DNA of 63,197 nt from a virus. Taxonomy: Duplodnaviria; Caudoviricetes. The notes below the pieces were generated by a model that worked only from the letters and a program-made list of their open reading frames with translations, ran no database searches and had not been told where the DNA came from. Both the position numbers and the translations under genes were made by a program. The stretch lies in IMG/VR virus record IMGVR_UViG_3300036766_001076, positions 1 through 63,197 of that record; one strand, written 5' to 3'. Shown here piece by piece: positions 62,941 through 63,197 of the stretch; the stretch's first letter is position 1, and the number at the start of each line of letters is the position of its first letter.

Positions 62941-63197
62941 TCGTAATCATGTCAACCACGTCGCCGTCGGCGGTGCCGGAAATCTCCTCAGTCGTGCAGT
63001 CCATTGTCTGGTGATTCACCCCCCGGCCGAGCCGATCCGCCTTGGTCAAGGCGCGGGATTTCTCCTCCGCGAGCCGGTGCCGGGTTTCTGAGAGCGGCTC
63101 CCGGGATTCCTGGTGCAGCGTGTGCGCGACCCAGAGACCAATGGCCCCGGCGAGAATGCAGTCGTCGTGCGCGCCGGGTGCGGCTTCGCCGTCCCAG
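62921..63197 (-). CDS. terL: 3' end of the terminase nuclease ORF (variant allele at 63143-63197)
   Basis: WDGEAAPGAHDDCILAGAIGLW...NEPHYL*. Confidence 0.8.
   Translation of the reverse strand, partial: WDGEAAPGAHDDCILAGAIGLWVAHTLHQESREPLSETRHRLAEEKSRALTKADRLGRGVNHQTMDCTTEEISGTADGDVVDMITNEPHYL

Noticed and set aside
1-63197. tRNA genes, integrase/att site, tape-measure gene
   Set aside because: None recognised by eye; tRNAscan-SE and HMM searches are needed to confirm absence

Overview
The window is an apparently complete ~63.0 kb GC-rich tailed-phage genome. Bases 1-127 recur exactly at 63016-63142, so it is circular or circularly permuted. It looks podovirus-like: portal, capsid, adaptors, nozzle and ejection proteins are present, and I found no tape-measure gene, integrase or clear repressor. 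Minus-strand late genes run from ~6.2 kb leftwards through the contig join down to ~33.8 kb; plus-strand early and replication genes span ~6.9-33.9 kb. Recognisable genes are a split large terminase, portal, capsid, UDG-PolA fusion, Pif1-like helicase, RepA-like helicase with an adjacent iteron origin, PD-(D/E)XK nuclease, AAA_24 ATPase, RNA ligase, Dam-like MTase, two Mom-like proteins, a PAPS-reductase-like protein, and HNH and LAGLIDADG endonucleases. The most unusual signals are: (1) a split, order-swapped TMTC-like GT-C glycosyltransferase among structural genes encoding signal-peptide-bearing Ser/Thr-rich proteins; (2) at five loci, adjacent genes share duplicated, often recoded, stop/start junctions, suggesting cassette insertion at translation-initiation sites; (3) dense GTAC clusters; (4) a probable structured RNA upstream of the RNA ligase; (5) a shared N-terminal FRDD motif on three replication-region proteins. 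All calls come from reading motifs by eye; no database searches or folding programs were run.
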